Positions 18,436-29,131 are shown, counted from the first letter of the stretch. The stretch: 64,000 nt of DNA from Candidatus Brocadiia bacterium (GCA_030605345.1 JAUWIN010000001.1:5253-69252); one strand, 5' to 3'. Made by a program: numbers and translations. Notes: generated from the sequence alone by a model not told the origin.

Positions 18436-18697
18436 TCAGATTCCACGTATCCGGTTGACGTGTCGCGTTGCTATTATAGCCTTGTGGGCATAACTTGGCA
18501 ATTGCTTGAAACCGCAGACAGCTGTTCCAAAGATTCTGCGAACTTTGCCTGGGGACATGTCCCCTTTACGCCGAGCAGTTGAGCATACGTGTTCGGGGAT
18601 ATGACGGCTCGAAAATCAAATCGCGGGTTCCGCGGCAATCGTTTCAACAATCAATCCACTCTTTCCCCATCGGACACGTCCTAACCTTCTCCACGTG

Positions 18698-19762
18698 TTA
18701 CACGTCGGCGTAGGTCAGCCCTTGCCAACAGCCCTCGTCCTCTATCCGCTGGGCGATATTGACGTCATACGCGTCGGCGACCGGTTCGAGGACCCACGGC
18801 GAACTGTCCCAAACGTTCCGAAGGGTATTTCTGACGACGTCCAGAGCGGCGGGTGTCATCCTGCCCAACGGCCTGCGGGTCGGCCCCGCCGGCATACCCA
18901 GGCCGTTCATCAAAGCCTTGATAGCCAGTGGGTTCCGGAATTTGTCCTTGACCGACCGGATCGAGCCGTCCGGCATGGTGCGCTGGTCGTCAGAGACAAC
19001 AGTGACGATGCCGAAGAGCGGCTCGAGGGCGCTGTGGATTTGGGTTGCCCGGTCGCTGTTACCTTCAAGTGCGGCCTTGACCATCTGTGAGACCGGGCCG
19101 GGTACGATGTTGCTCATCACCGAAATGACCCCCTGCGCGCGGATGCGGTCATCCAGCATGATGTCTAGGGTAACGCCGTCGTCGCCGGAGAGGATATCGA
19201 ATTCGTCCCCCACGAGGCTGCGGGTGACGGCCATGCGTTTGGTGTCCCCCGTGGCTTCCTTGACGGCGGTAACGTTTGGATGTTCGGCGGCCAGGATGGC
19301 GAGGTCTTCCGGCGACAGCGCCGTGCCGCTTCGGCCGGGTATGACGTAGGGGATGACGGTGCAGTCGGGGCAGGCGGCGGCGACAACGCCGTGATATTCT
19401 CGCCGCAGTTCCAATGTCGAAGGCCCGTTGTAGTAGCAATCGACCAGGAGCAGGGCGTCGGCACCGGATCGTGCGGCGTGTTTGCTCCCCTGGACTGCCT
19501 CGTTGGTGGAGTTGCTGCCAGTGCCCGCGATGAGAAGACACCTGTCCGCGGTCGTTTTTATGGCGCCGTCTATGACTTGATTATGTTCCTCCCAAACCAG
19601 GGCCGGTGACTCGCCGGTCGTGCCGGTGGGAAGGAGCCCGCTGATACCCTGGGCTATCTGGAAGTTCATGTTTTTCTCGAACCCGGCCCAGTCCACTGAA
19701 CCGTCCGCGAGGAACGGAGTTACCAGAGCGGTGTGAGCACCTGCAAAGCTCTTTGGAGACAT
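18698..19762 (-). CDS. dihydrodipicolinate synthase/N-acetylneuraminate lyase family (DapA-family) enzyme with a ~60-aa C-terminal extension
   Basis: TGTTGESPALVWEEH and KEATGD (Schiff-base lysine region) place it in the DHDPS family. Start MSPKSF chosen. Confidence 0.7.
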   Translation of the reverse strand: MSPKSFAGAHTALVTPFLADGSVDWAGFEKNMNFQIAQGISGLLPTGTTGESPALVWEEHNQVIDGAIKTTADRCLLIAGTGSNSTNEAVQGSKHAARSGADALLLVDCYYNGPSTLELRREYHGVVAAACPDCTVIPYVIPGRSGTALSPEDLAILAAEHPNVTAVKEATGDTKRMAVTRSLVGDEFDILSGDDGVTLDIMLDDRIRAQGVISVMSNIVPGPVSQMVKAALEGNSDRATQIHSALEPLFGIVTVVSDDQRTMPDGSIRSVKDKFRNPLAIKALMNGLGMPAGPTRRPLGRMTPAALDVVRNTLRNVWDSSPWVLEPVADAYDVNIAQRIEDEGCWQGLTYADV

Positions 19763-19943
19763 GTCTTCCTCCTGCAACGATTGCTTTCGTGTTACAGCGA
19801 CATTCTACCTGTGAGCGGGTACCGCCGCAATCAAAATCGCGGTCACATGTTGCGTCTGAGGTGACGACAGCACGCGTTCTATAAAATCGAGGGCCGACTC
19901 GCGAGAAATTGGGGAACATCAGCACTACACAGCAACAGTGTAG

Positions 19944-20948
19944 TCACCATTTTTCGCCGAAGGTCCTAGCCATTATTTCCGCCGTGGCGTGGCGAAAAGT
20001 GTGATACATCCGAACATACTCGCATCCGGTGTTGGCGATCCGGCGCCTTTCACTCTCCCTCGGAAGGTAGTAATCGATGAGTTCAAGACACTCTTCGACC
20101 GACTGGAACCAGACAAGATGCTCATGGTTCGTGAAGTATTCCTCGAGGTTCGGAACGTACCGCGTCAGGAGAAACCCACCACATCCCAGGGTTAACCAGG
20201 TACGGTTGGAAAAGTACAGATCCAGATCGTTCTTCCCGTCAATCCCGATTATGATCTTCGTTGAGGCGCAGATTTTCCGGTACTGCTTCGGGTAGACATG
20301 TCGCCTAGCTGGGGCTTGTCGTAAAGCGCTTTCCCACCCCTGACCGTATAGCTTGAGTGAAAACCGCTCTGCAATGGCTCGTAAGAGCCCCGTCCGGTTC
20401 GGCATATTTGCGCTACCGATGAAAGCAACGTCTGCGAAGTAACCCGGGTCTGGCGAATCCGGGAAGTGATCTGTCGGATCACACCCGCCACGAATGTAGC
20501 TGACGTTACGGACCCCCATGCTTTTGAAATCAGGGACGTTGCCGCGAGCAGTCGTGAACATAATGGAACATCGACGGCCTAGCTCAATTAGCTCATGGCT
20601 GGCCGCATAAAATAGGTCTTGATAAAACAAGGCCGTGAGGACGCCATTTGGAACAGCGTCCAGCATATCAACAGTGGCGTCCTTGGAATAAATCAATACC
20701 ATATCAGGCTGGAAGCGACGCATACGCCAACATGTGTATCTTAGCCCGTTCTTGTTCCCGAGAAGGCGTGCGACTTTGTGTGTATTAATCCAGAGAACTC
20801 TGTGCCCGTTCTGTTGGAATCCACGTATTAAATGGGCGGTAACCCGGGTGTGACGCTTGTGTTTTGCGAACAAAAGGACGCGGCGCTCTTTGCGAGCAAC
20901 TGGAATGGAATCAATCGTGTACCGGGTGCGCATGGGAAAATCGTTCAT
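19944..20948 (-). CDS. CgeB-like glycosyltransferase (Glyco_trans_1_2 / DUF3880)
   Basis: C-terminal YFSNRTWLTLGCGGFLLTRYVPNLEEYF...LVWFQSVEECLELIDYYL matches the CgeB family pattern. Start uncertain (MNDFPM chosen). Confidence 0.6.
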   Translation of the reverse strand: MNDFPMRTRYTIDSIPVARKERRVLLFAKHKRHTRVTAHLIRGFQQNGHRVLWINTHKVARLLGNKNGLRYTCWRMRRFQPDMVLIYSKDATVDMLDAVPNGVLTALFYQDLFYAASHELIELGRRCSIMFTTARGNVPDFKSMGVRNVSYIRGGCDPTDHFPDSPDPGYFADVAFIGSANMPNRTGLLRAIAERFSLKLYGQGWESALRQAPARRHVYPKQYRKICASTKIIIGIDGKNDLDLYFSNRTWLTLGCGGFLLTRYVPNLEEYFTNHEHLVWFQSVEECLELIDYYLPRESERRRIANTGCEYVRMYHTFRHATAEIMARTFGEKW

Positions 20949-21405
20949 TCGGAAAACGCCAGATTGCCCGAAACCAAACCCGCGGAGGCTTTTTCGCGTG
21001 TTGGAAGATCGCCCCAGCCAGCACAGAGGTCTGGAGTCCGCAACCCTCGCAGCAATCCAATCCTCAGTTCGCCAGCCAAACCGCCTGCACTCCACACCGG
21101 GTCAACAAAACACATGAGGCCAACGGAGTATTCGCGACACGCTTCCTCCATGGCAAACCGTCCTTCAATCTCCAGCAAAGTTCGCGCATAGTCCTCCGTG
21201 GCCACGGCATACTACATCTGCTGACCGCTGGGGTCAAGTACGTAGCAAGGGGACGGCGTCAAGTAAACTGTGCAACCAGGATATGCGTCCGTTCAGCGCC
21301 AGATAGAAGTCGACCTTCTTTTTCCCAGCCAACTGCGCTTTTGCTGGTGAGGCGGCGGCCATGACAACTTGATTGCTGGCGGCTAGCTCCGTAGAATTGC
21401 GGCCG

Positions 21406-22206
21406 ATGAAAACGATTGATTTCCATACGCATGCATTTCCGGACTTCCTGGCTGAGCAGGCGATCGGCGCCATTGAAGCGAGCTCGTCGCTCCAACGCTC
21501 CCACGCCGATGGCACGGTGAGCGGCCTGCTCCGCTCGATGGACACCGCCGGTATCGAGGTGTCCGTCATCGCCTCCATTGCCACTGCTGAGAAGCAGTTC
21601 GTCAGTATCCTGAACTGGTCACGCGAAATCGCGTCCGACCGAATCATCCCCTTCCCTTCCATATATCCGTTTTCCGCAGACGCCGTCCAGCAGGCGGAGC
21701 AGGTGGCCGACGCCGGCTTCAGGGGCGTCAAACTGCATCCCTTATACCAGGATTTCCAGCCTCTGAACGAACGGATGATGCCGATTTATGGCGCTATCGC
21801 CGACCGGGACCTCATCCTGCTGTTTCACTCTGGCGACGACCTCGCCTTCCTCGGCGACCACCGCTGCATGCCGTCCACCATGCTCCAGGTCCAGAAGCGA
21901 GTCCCTGGGCTGAAAATGGTGCTTTCGCACCTCGGCGGATTCTCGCAATACACCGACTTCGAGCGGCACTGCCTCGGGTCGGAAGCGTACATCGATGTCT
22001 CGTTCGGCATACCAGACCAGCCCAGCGAGATGTTCACCCACATCGTCCGCGACCACACCGCCGGCCGGGTGATGTTCGGAACCGACTCGCCCTGGAACGA
22101 CCAGAAAACCGAGATAGAAAAACTGAAGCGGGTGATTGACAAGCCCGACCTGCTGGAGGATATTCTGTGGAACAACGCGGCGGAACTCCTCGGAATCGGA
22201 CACTGA
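21406..22206 (+). CDS. amidohydrolase-2 family metal-dependent hydrolase (TIM barrel)
   Basis: IDFHTHAF (HxH), LLFHSG, LSHLGG and FGTDSPW are metal-ligand motifs of the amidohydrolase_2 family. Confidence 0.65.
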   Translation: MKTIDFHTHAFPDFLAEQAIGAIEASSSLQRSHADGTVSGLLRSMDTAGIEVSVIASIATAEKQFVSILNWSREIASDRIIPFPSIYPFSADAVQQAEQVADAGFRGVKLHPLYQDFQPLNERMMPIYGAIADRDLILLFHSGDDLAFLGDHRCMPSTMLQVQKRVPGLKMVLSHLGGFSQYTDFERHCLGSEAYIDVSFGIPDQPSEMFTHIVRDHTAGRVMFGTDSPWNDQKTEIEKLKRVIDKPDLLEDILWNNAAELLGIGH

Positions 22207-22207
22207 T

Positions 22208-23218
22208 ATGACATCAAAAGAAATCGTGAGGCGGACGCTCGAGTTCAGCCGGCCCGAGCGGCTGGCACGGACGTTGCCTGAGCCGTGGGGGAATGACTTG
22301 TGCAGCGTGGGCGCCGATACGGACGACCTCGCCGGCGGCTGGAAGAAGGTAGGTGATGAGCGTTGGGAACGCACCGACGAGTGGGGCAATACCTGGGCAC
22401 GGGTCGAAGACCACTCCATGGGTGAAGTCGCAAAGGGCGCACTGGAGAACATCAACGCAGTCGAAGACCTCCCCATGCCGCCACTGAGCGACCCGGAACG
22501 CTACGAAAATGCGGCGAAAACCATCGCCGAAAACAACGAGCACTTCATCGCCGGCGGCCTGCCCGGCTTCACCTTCAGCATGGCTCGTAAAATCCGCCGG
22601 CTCGACCAATACATGATGGACCTCCACCTCCACCGCGACAAGATCGAAATCCTCCACGACCGCATCGACGAAGTTCTGCTCGCGATGGTCGAAAACTACG
22701 ACCGCATCGGATGTGATGCAATCATAACCGCCGAAGACTGGGGCACGCAACTTGGGCTGATGATACACCCGGACCTGTGGCGCGAGATATTCAAGCCGCG
22801 GTTCAAAAGAATTTGCGACGCAGCCAGGAAACACGGAATGAAAGTCCTGCTCCACTCTTGCGGCAGGATTACAGACGTCATCCCTGACATGATAGAGGTC
22901 GGCATCGACGCGCTACAATTCGACCAGCAGCAGGTGCACGGCATCGATAACCTGGCGAGATACGCCGGTCGGGTAACTTACTGGTGCCCGGTGGACATCC
23001 AGGCAGCGCTACAGAGCGGTGACGAGGCGGTGATCCGCGGATGGGCGCGCACGCTGGTCGAGAAGCTGTGGTGCGGCGGGAAGGGCGGCTTCATCGCTGA
23101 CTTCTACTCAGATGGGGTTTCCATCGGGGTCCCGCCCGAATGGCAGGCCTGGGCCTGCAACGAGTTCGTCAAGGCAGACGCGGAAAAAGGACGAGTGGTG
23201 CAGGAAAACGGGGGCTGA
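22208..23218 (+). CDS. uroporphyrinogen decarboxylase-like (URO-D/MtaA-fold) family protein, paralog 3
   Basis: KVLLHSCGRITDVIPDMIEVGIDALQFDQ matches the conserved core of paralogs 1 and 2. Start is 1 nt after the amidohydrolase stop. Confidence 0.7.
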   Translation: MTSKEIVRRTLEFSRPERLARTLPEPWGNDLCSVGADTDDLAGGWKKVGDERWERTDEWGNTWARVEDHSMGEVAKGALENINAVEDLPMPPLSDPERYENAAKTIAENNEHFIAGGLPGFTFSMARKIRRLDQYMMDLHLHRDKIEILHDRIDEVLLAMVENYDRIGCDAIITAEDWGTQLGLMIHPDLWREIFKPRFKRICDAARKHGMKVLLHSCGRITDVIPDMIEVGIDALQFDQQQVHGIDNLARYAGRVTYWCPVDIQAALQSGDEAVIRGWARTLVEKLWCGGKGGFIADFYSDGVSIGVPPEWQAWACNEFVKADAEKGRVVQENGG

Positions 23219-23221
23219 GAT

Positions 23222-24643
23222 TTGCCAACGGTGGCGACCACGCCCGGCCCAGTTGCGAGGATTAGCCAAGTTAAAAGCGGCGCGGAGCCCTTCGCCGCGC
23301 TCTGCGCGATAGCGGACGAACGCCTCCCTTTCCTGCTCGACAGTGGCATGAGCCCCGAACGCCTCGGGCGATACTCCTTCGTAGGGTGCGAACCCTTCCT
23401 GGTGGTCCACTCGAACGGCAAGACCGTGTGGGCCGACGGCGGGCGCGCCGGCAGGAACCCCTTCGCAGTCCTTCGCCGTATGCTCAAGAAGCATAGAATG
23501 CGGCCGGCCCAACGGCCAGTCCCGTTCGCCGGCGGCGCCGTCGGCTACCTCGCTTATGACCTCGGGCGGTTCGTCGAACACCTCCCGGACAATACCATCG
23601 CCGACATCCCGCTTCCGGAGATGCACTTCGCCTTCTACGACGTGACGGCTGGTTTCGACCACCAGACCAACAGGTGGTACGTCTCCAGCGTGGACCTCGG
23701 CGTGGCCGGTGCGGCGGGGCGGCGGAAGCGGCTCGTCTCGGCCATCCGCGGCGCGCCGCCGCAGCCCAGGCTCCGGCCGGTCTCGTCCAGCGGCCTCAAA
23801 TCCAACTTCACAAAGCCCCAATACCTGCGGGCGGTCAGCCGCGCAAAGGACTACATCGCCGCGGGTGACATCTTCCAGGTCAACCTGTCGCAGCGCTTCG
23901 AGGCCGAAACTGACGCAGCCCCGCTCGAACTCTACGCCGCACTGCGCTCGGCCAACCCCGCACCGTTCGCCTGCTACCTGCCGGTGGAGGGCGGGACGGT
24001 GCTGAGTTCGTCGCCCGAGCGGTTCCTGAAAGGCACCGGCAGGCACACCGAGACCCGACCTATCAAGGGCACACGGCCTCGCCGTCCCGACGACGAGGCG
24101 TTCAACTGGCAGATGCGGCGCGAACTCCTCGCCAGCGAGAAAGACCGCGCCGAACTGGCGATGATTGTGGACCTCGAACGCAACGACCTCGGCCGCGTCT
24201 GCTCCTACGGCTCCGTGCGCGTTACCGAGCCCATCGTCCTCGAACAATATCCCACGGTGTATCACCTCGTGGCGACCGTGGAGGGCGAACTGCACAAGGG
24301 CCGCGACATCATTGTCCTGATCAAGGCGACGTTCCCCGGCGGCTCCATCACCGGCGCACCCAAAATCCGAGCAATGGAAATTATCGACGAACTCGAACCC
24401 ACCAAGCGCTCCGTGTACACCGGCAACATCGGCTACATCGGCTTCGACGGCACCGCCGACCTCAACATCGCAATACGGACGATGCTCCTCACGCGCGGCC
24501 GTGCCTACCTACAGGTCGGAGGGGGCATCGTGGCCGACTCCGAACCCCAGGCCGAATACCAGGAAACCCTCGACAAGGCCAGCGCTATGTTCCAGGCACT
24601 CGGAGCCGCCAGTAATTCAGATGGAAAAGGCATGCACTGGTGA
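23222..24643 (+). CDS. pabB: aminodeoxychorismate synthase component I (PabB) or anthranilate synthase component I family
   Basis: Chorismate-binding signatures LSSSPERFL, MIVDLERNDLGRV and GGSITGAPKIRAMEII. Its 473-aa size and lack of a TrpG neighbour favour PabB. Confidence 0.7.
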   Translation: MPTVATTPGPVARISQVKSGAEPFAALCAIADERLPFLLDSGMSPERLGRYSFVGCEPFLVVHSNGKTVWADGGRAGRNPFAVLRRMLKKHRMRPAQRPVPFAGGAVGYLAYDLGRFVEHLPDNTIADIPLPEMHFAFYDVTAGFDHQTNRWYVSSVDLGVAGAAGRRKRLVSAIRGAPPQPRLRPVSSSGLKSNFTKPQYLRAVSRAKDYIAAGDIFQVNLSQRFEAETDAAPLELYAALRSANPAPFACYLPVEGGTVLSSSPERFLKGTGRHTETRPIKGTRPRRPDDEAFNWQMRRELLASEKDRAELAMIVDLERNDLGRVCSYGSVRVTEPIVLEQYPTVYHLVATVEGELHKGRDIIVLIKATFPGGSITGAPKIRAMEIIDELEPTKRSVYTGNIGYIGFDGTADLNIAIRTMLLTRGRAYLQVGGGIVADSEPQAEYQETLDKASAMFQALGAASNSDGKGMHW

Positions 24644-24661
24644 TGCCGCTCGCAGGAGGAT

Positions 24662-25780
24662 GTGATGCCTACTTTCAGCACGGTAAAACAGCTTGTCACC
24701 GGCGCCGGGTGTTTCGAGCAACTCGGACAGTTGGCCCGGGGCCTCGGCCGGCGGGCGCTGGTCGTGACCGGCAAACACGCAATGAAAGAAGCAGGCGTCA
24801 CCGACCGCGCCTGTAACTTGCTGAAGGCGGCAGGAGCCGAGCACGTGCTGTTCGAGCAGATTGGCGGCGAACCCACCGCCGCCCAGGTGGACGCCGGCAG
24901 AAAAATGTGCGCTGAGACCGAATGCGATATGGTCGTCGGGATAGGCGGCGGAAGCGCGATGGACGCGGCGAAGGCAATCGCCGCACTCGTCCGCTCGGAC
25001 GCACCCACCGCAGAATACGTTCAGGGCCGGAAAGCTGATGCCGACAGGGTGCTTCCGTGCATTTGTGCCCCCACCACCAGCGGCACCGGCGCCGAGGTCA
25101 CCCCGAACGCCGTCATCAGCCACCCCGCCAGCACAGTCAAGGTCAGCGTACGCGGGCGGGGCGTGCTGCCCACTGCCGCACTGGTCGACCCCGACCTCAC
25201 CATCACCTGCCCGCCGGGTGTCACCGCCGCTTCCGGGATGGACGCCCTGACTCATGCGATCGAGGCCTATGTCTCCATCCACGCCACACCGGTGACGGAC
25301 GCGCTCAGTTTCCATGCCGCAAGGCTTCTGCTCAGGAACCTGCCCGCCGCGTATGCCGACGGACACGACAGGGCGGCGCGTGAGGCCTGCTCATACGCCA
25401 GCACCTTGGCCGGCATCGCACTTGCCAACGCCCGGCTGGGCGTGATTCACGGGATTGCTCATCCGCTCGGTATTCGATATCACGTCCCGCACGGGGTATG
25501 CTGCGGGGTGCTGCTGCCTGCGTCCATCCGCCTGAACCATGCCGCGGCGGTGGAGAAATACCGCTGGCTCTCGCATGTCGCGGGCGATGACATCGAGAAG
25601 GCTGTCGAGCGGATGCTTGACGCCATGAATGTCGGACGCACGCTGAGAGAATACAACATTCCGGAGCGCGATTTCGCCGCCATCACAAAGGAAAGCATGC
25701 CGTCCGGGTCGCTCAAGGCGAATCCGAAGAAGGTGACTGAGGAAGACGTCTTTCAGATCCTTCGCCAGGTCGCAGGTTAG
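24662..25780 (+). CDS. iron-containing (group III) alcohol dehydrogenase
   Basis: GGGSAMDAAKAIA plus the metal-binding histidines (HAIEAY, GVIHGIAHPLG) typical of Fe-ADH. Confidence 0.75.
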   Translation: MMPTFSTVKQLVTGAGCFEQLGQLARGLGRRALVVTGKHAMKEAGVTDRACNLLKAAGAEHVLFEQIGGEPTAAQVDAGRKMCAETECDMVVGIGGGSAMDAAKAIAALVRSDAPTAEYVQGRKADADRVLPCICAPTTSGTGAEVTPNAVISHPASTVKVSVRGRGVLPTAALVDPDLTITCPPGVTAASGMDALTHAIEAYVSIHATPVTDALSFHAARLLLRNLPAAYADGHDRAAREACSYASTLAGIALANARLGVIHGIAHPLGIRYHVPHGVCCGVLLPASIRLNHAAAVEKYRWLSHVAGDDIEKAVERMLDAMNVGRTLREYNIPERDFAAITKESMPSGSLKANPKKVTEEDVFQILRQVAG

Positions 25781-25869
25781 GGCAGCGGTCTGTGCCCGCA
25801 GCATCGTACCCGTTGCTGCTCGGCGGCGGAACGGCTACAATATAGTGGTTCTGAACGGAGCAGACACGA

Positions 25870-27339
25870 ATGAGGAGTAAAAAGGAGCGCGAGCGCTACT
25901 GCAGCCCGCTGGTAACACGCTACGCCAGCGGGGCGATGTCATACCTGTTCTCAGACGACTTCAAGTTCAAGACGTGGCGAGAGCTCTGGACGGCGCTCGC
26001 GGAGGCGGAACGCCATCTCGGCCTGAACATCACCAAGGCGCAAGTCAGCCAGATGAAGAAGGCAGCGGGCCATGTGAACTACGCCGAGGCGGAGAAGATT
26101 GAGAAGAGGACCCGCCACGACGTGACGGCGCACGTCCGCGCGTTCGCCAAGCAATGTCCGAAGGCGAAGGGCATTATCCACCTCGGAGCGACCAGTTGCT
26201 TCGTCACCGACAACACCGAACTAATCCAGATGCGCCGCGGGCTGCAGACTCTTCGGACGAAACTGGCGAAACTGATCGACGTTTTAGGTAGGTTCGCCCT
26301 GAAGCACAAGAACCTTCCGACGCTCGGCTCGACCCATTTCCAGCCGGCTCAGCCCACAACTGTCGGCAAACGCGCCTGCCTCTGGGCGCAGGACTTCATT
26401 CTGGACATGAAAGAACTGGAGACCCGGCTGGAAAGACTGAAGTTCCGCGGCGTCAAGGGCACCACTGGCACCCAGGCAAGTTTCCTCGCACTGTTCGGCG
26501 GCGACGAGAAGAAAGTGATGCGTCTGGAAAGACTGGTAGCGCGAAAAATGGGGTTCGTCGGCCCAGGGGGAGGCGCCGCGGTGTTCGCCGTGACCGGCCA
26601 GACATACACCAGGAAGGTGGACTCGCAGGTGCTGGCGGCGCTGTCGGGCATTGCGCAGTCGGCCAGCAAAATGGCCACCGACATCCGCCTGCTGCAAGGA
26701 CTCAAGGAAATGGAGGAGCCGATCGGAAAGGAACAGGTCGGCTCGTCGGCGATGGCATACAAGCGCAACCCGATGCGGTGTGAACGAATCTGCGCCCTGG
26801 CGCGGTTCGCTGTTGTGAGTGCGTTCAACCCCGCAATCACCGCGGCAACCCAGTGGCTGGAACGAACACTTGACGACTCGGCCAACCGCCGCCTGGCCAT
26901 AGCAGAATCCTTCCTTGCCGCCGATGGAATCCTCAACCTGTGTCTCAACGTTGCGGGCGGACTGGTAGTCAACCAGGGTCAAGTCAAAAGACGCCTCGAG
27001 GCTGAATTGCCGTTCATGGCGACCGAAGACATTCTGATGGCGGCCGTCAACGCAGGAGGCGACCGGCAGGCGCTGCACGAGCGCATCCGACTGCATTCCC
27101 GGGCTGCCGCGGAGGCCGTCAAACAGGAGGGCCGCCAGAACAACCTGCTCGAACGACTGAAAAAAGACCCTGCGTTCGCGCCGGTCCGGGATCAGATAGC
27201 TTCAATGGTCGATCCACGCAGGTTCGTCGGGCGCGCACCTTCGCAAGTGTCTGAATTCATCCGGAACGTCGTCAGCCCGATCCGGAGGAAATACCGCAAG
27301 GCGATTGCGCAACTGGAGGACGAGGAGATTACGGTATGA
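25870..27339 (+). CDS. purB: adenylosuccinate lyase
   Basis: RYASGAMSYLFSD, TLGSTHFQPAQPTTVGKR and SSAMAYKRNPMRCE are PurB/fumarate-lyase signature regions. Confidence 0.9.
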   Translation: MRSKKERERYCSPLVTRYASGAMSYLFSDDFKFKTWRELWTALAEAERHLGLNITKAQVSQMKKAAGHVNYAEAEKIEKRTRHDVTAHVRAFAKQCPKAKGIIHLGATSCFVTDNTELIQMRRGLQTLRTKLAKLIDVLGRFALKHKNLPTLGSTHFQPAQPTTVGKRACLWAQDFILDMKELETRLERLKFRGVKGTTGTQASFLALFGGDEKKVMRLERLVARKMGFVGPGGGAAVFAVTGQTYTRKVDSQVLAALSGIAQSASKMATDIRLLQGLKEMEEPIGKEQVGSSAMAYKRNPMRCERICALARFAVVSAFNPAITAATQWLERTLDDSANRRLAIAESFLAADGILNLCLNVAGGLVVNQGQVKRRLEAELPFMATEDILMAAVNAGGDRQALHERIRLHSRAAAEAVKQEGRQNNLLERLKKDPAFAPVRDQIASMVDPRRFVGRAPSQVSEFIRNVVSPIRRKYRKAIAQLEDEEITV

Positions 27340-27470
27340 GATTGGTGTTGTTGTTGCTTCTGTTGTCCTTGCCGATCCTGGCCGCCGGTTGTGATACCAT
27401 GCCGGAGGAGGCACCCGGCTATTACGTGCAGGCTGAATTGCAGACACATAGCGGGGGCGGGGCCTCGTGA
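27336..27470 (+). CDS. small predicted lipoprotein (44 aa), not in the ORF track
   Basis: ATG overlaps the purB stop (ATGA) and its TGA overlaps the pepP GTG start (GTGA). Sequence MRLVLLLLLLSLPILAAGCDTMPEE... has a textbook signal peptide and lipobox LAAGC. Confidence 0.4.
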   Translation: MRLVLLLLLLSLPILAAGCDTMPEEAPGYYVQAELQTHSGGGAS

Positions 27471-28567
27471 GGAAGAAGAACCTGACACGCCGCCTCAGCA
27501 GGCTGCGTACGCAACTGCGGCGGAAGAAGCTGGACGCGATGCTCGTCATCAGCCAAGCCAACGTGCGCTACCTCAGCGGCTTCACCGGCGACGGCTCTCG
27601 GCTGCTCATCACCCAGACCGATGCACTGTTCCTGACTGACTTTCGATACGTGGAGCAGGCGGAGGCCGAGTGCCCCGGCTGCAAGGTGGTGGATACCCGC
27701 CGGGAGATGAACAAGACGACCGGACGAGAGGCCTGGAAACTGGGGGTCCGGCGGCTGGGGTTTTCGCCTGAAGCGGTCTCGCTGGCCGGGGCGGACGCGC
27801 TTCTGGAGACGCTGAGGGAACGAAGGGTCGAGCCGGTCCGGGCGCCGGGATTGGCGACCGGTCTCCGTGCGGTCAAGGAACCAGGCGAGGTAGCGGCGAT
27901 TCGGGCGTGTGTGGAGGCGGCTGAGGAATGCCTCGAACACGTCCGGCCATATCTGGAACCCAGGGTCCGCGAACTCGACGTTGTGGCGGAGATGGAGTAT
28001 TTCGTGCGCTGTCTCGGGTTCGATGGTATGTCGTTCCGGCCGATCGTCGCGTTCGGGCCGAACAGTTCGCGATGTCATCACGCGCCCGGCAGGCAGCGGC
28101 TGAAGGCGGGCGACCCGGTGCTCATCGATTGGGGCGTGCGTGGCGACGGCTACGTGAGCGACTTGACAAGGACATTTTTCCATACTACGATTCCTCCAAG
28201 GTTCGAGCGGATTTACCGCGTAGTGCTCGAGGCCCAGCGTCGAGGAATCCAGAGGATCCGACCGGGTGCTACGGCCGCGGAGGTGGACGGCGCCGCCCGG
28301 CGCTGCATAGAGAGGGCCGGGTTCGGCCGCCGCTTCGGCCACGGGCTCGGCCACGGCATCGGCCTCCAAGTCCACGAGGGGCCCAGTCTGGCCGCGAACT
28401 CGAACGCGGTGTTGAAACGCGGCATGGTACTCACGGTCGAGCCGGGCATCTACATCCCGGGGTTCGGCGGGGTACGCATCGAGGACGACGTATTGGTGGC
28501 TTCCAGGGGCGCCCGGGTGCTTTCGAGCGTGCCCAAGCGGCTGAGTGAGGTAGTGATTGGGGGATAG
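27467..28567 (+). CDS. pepP: Xaa-Pro aminopeptidase (M24 family, PepP-like)
   Basis: GTG start. The metal-ligand pattern (DWGVRGDGYVSDLTRTF, GHGLGHGIGLQVHE, VLTVEPGIY, IEDDVLV) is that of M24B. Confidence 0.8.
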   Translation: MRKKNLTRRLSRLRTQLRRKKLDAMLVISQANVRYLSGFTGDGSRLLITQTDALFLTDFRYVEQAEAECPGCKVVDTRREMNKTTGREAWKLGVRRLGFSPEAVSLAGADALLETLRERRVEPVRAPGLATGLRAVKEPGEVAAIRACVEAAEECLEHVRPYLEPRVRELDVVAEMEYFVRCLGFDGMSFRPIVAFGPNSSRCHHAPGRQRLKAGDPVLIDWGVRGDGYVSDLTRTFFHTTIPPRFERIYRVVLEAQRRGIQRIRPGATAAEVDGAARRCIERAGFGRRFGHGLGHGIGLQVHEGPSLAANSNAVLKRGMVLTVEPGIYIPGFGGVRIEDDVLVASRGARVLSSVPKRLSEVVIGG

Positions 28568-28573
28568 GGCCGG

Positions 28574-29131
28574 GTGATTAGCGGCAGCGAGCTGAAGAAC
28601 GGAATGACCATCCTGCACAACGGGCAGGTGCACCGTGTAGAATATTTCCAGCACGTCAAGCCGGGCAAGGGAAGTGCGTTCACCCGCACCAAGATTAAAA
28701 ACCTGGAGACGGGAGCGGTGCTCGAACACACCTTCAAGGCCAAGGACAGCATCGATACTGCCATGGTCGAGCGAAAGGAGATGGAATACCTCTATCGCGA
28801 CACGGCATACTACTATTTCATGGACACTGAGACATACGAACAGGTCCCCTTCGCTGCCGAGCGCTGCGGCCGCATTGCGGCTTACCTCAAGGAGAACATG
28901 GCCCTCACCGTGGCGATGTTTCAGGACAGGGTACTCGACATTTCGCTCCCCAAGCTGGTCGAACTCAAAGTCACAAAGACTGACCCCGGACTGAAAGGCA
29001 ACACCGCAGCGGGCGGGAACAAGCCGGCAGAGCTCGAGACCGGCGCCGTGGTGAACGTGCCGCTGTTCGTGGACCAGGGCGATATTATCCAGATAGACAC
29101 CCACACCGGAGAATATCTGGGAAGAGCATAG
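28574..29131 (+). CDS. efp: elongation factor P
   Basis: VKPGKGSAFTRTKIKNLETG (contains the conserved loop lysine), 185 aa, the classic efp-accB-accC neighbourhood. Confidence 0.9.
   Translation: MISGSELKNGMTILHNGQVHRVEYFQHVKPGKGSAFTRTKIKNLETGAVLEHTFKAKDSIDTAMVERKEMEYLYRDTAYYYFMDTETYEQVPFAAERCGRIAAYLKENMALTVAMFQDRVLDISLPKLVELKVTKTDPGLKGNTAAGGNKPAELETGAVVNVPLFVDQGDIIQIDTHTGEYLGRA

Noticed and set aside
19923-19955. Hairpin (CACTACAC...GTGTAGTG) followed by TTTTT, resembling a Rho-independent terminator on the + strand
   Set aside because: Both flanking genes are on the - strand. On that strand the A-run precedes the hairpin, so it cannot terminate either gene. Possibly an orphan bidirectional structure.
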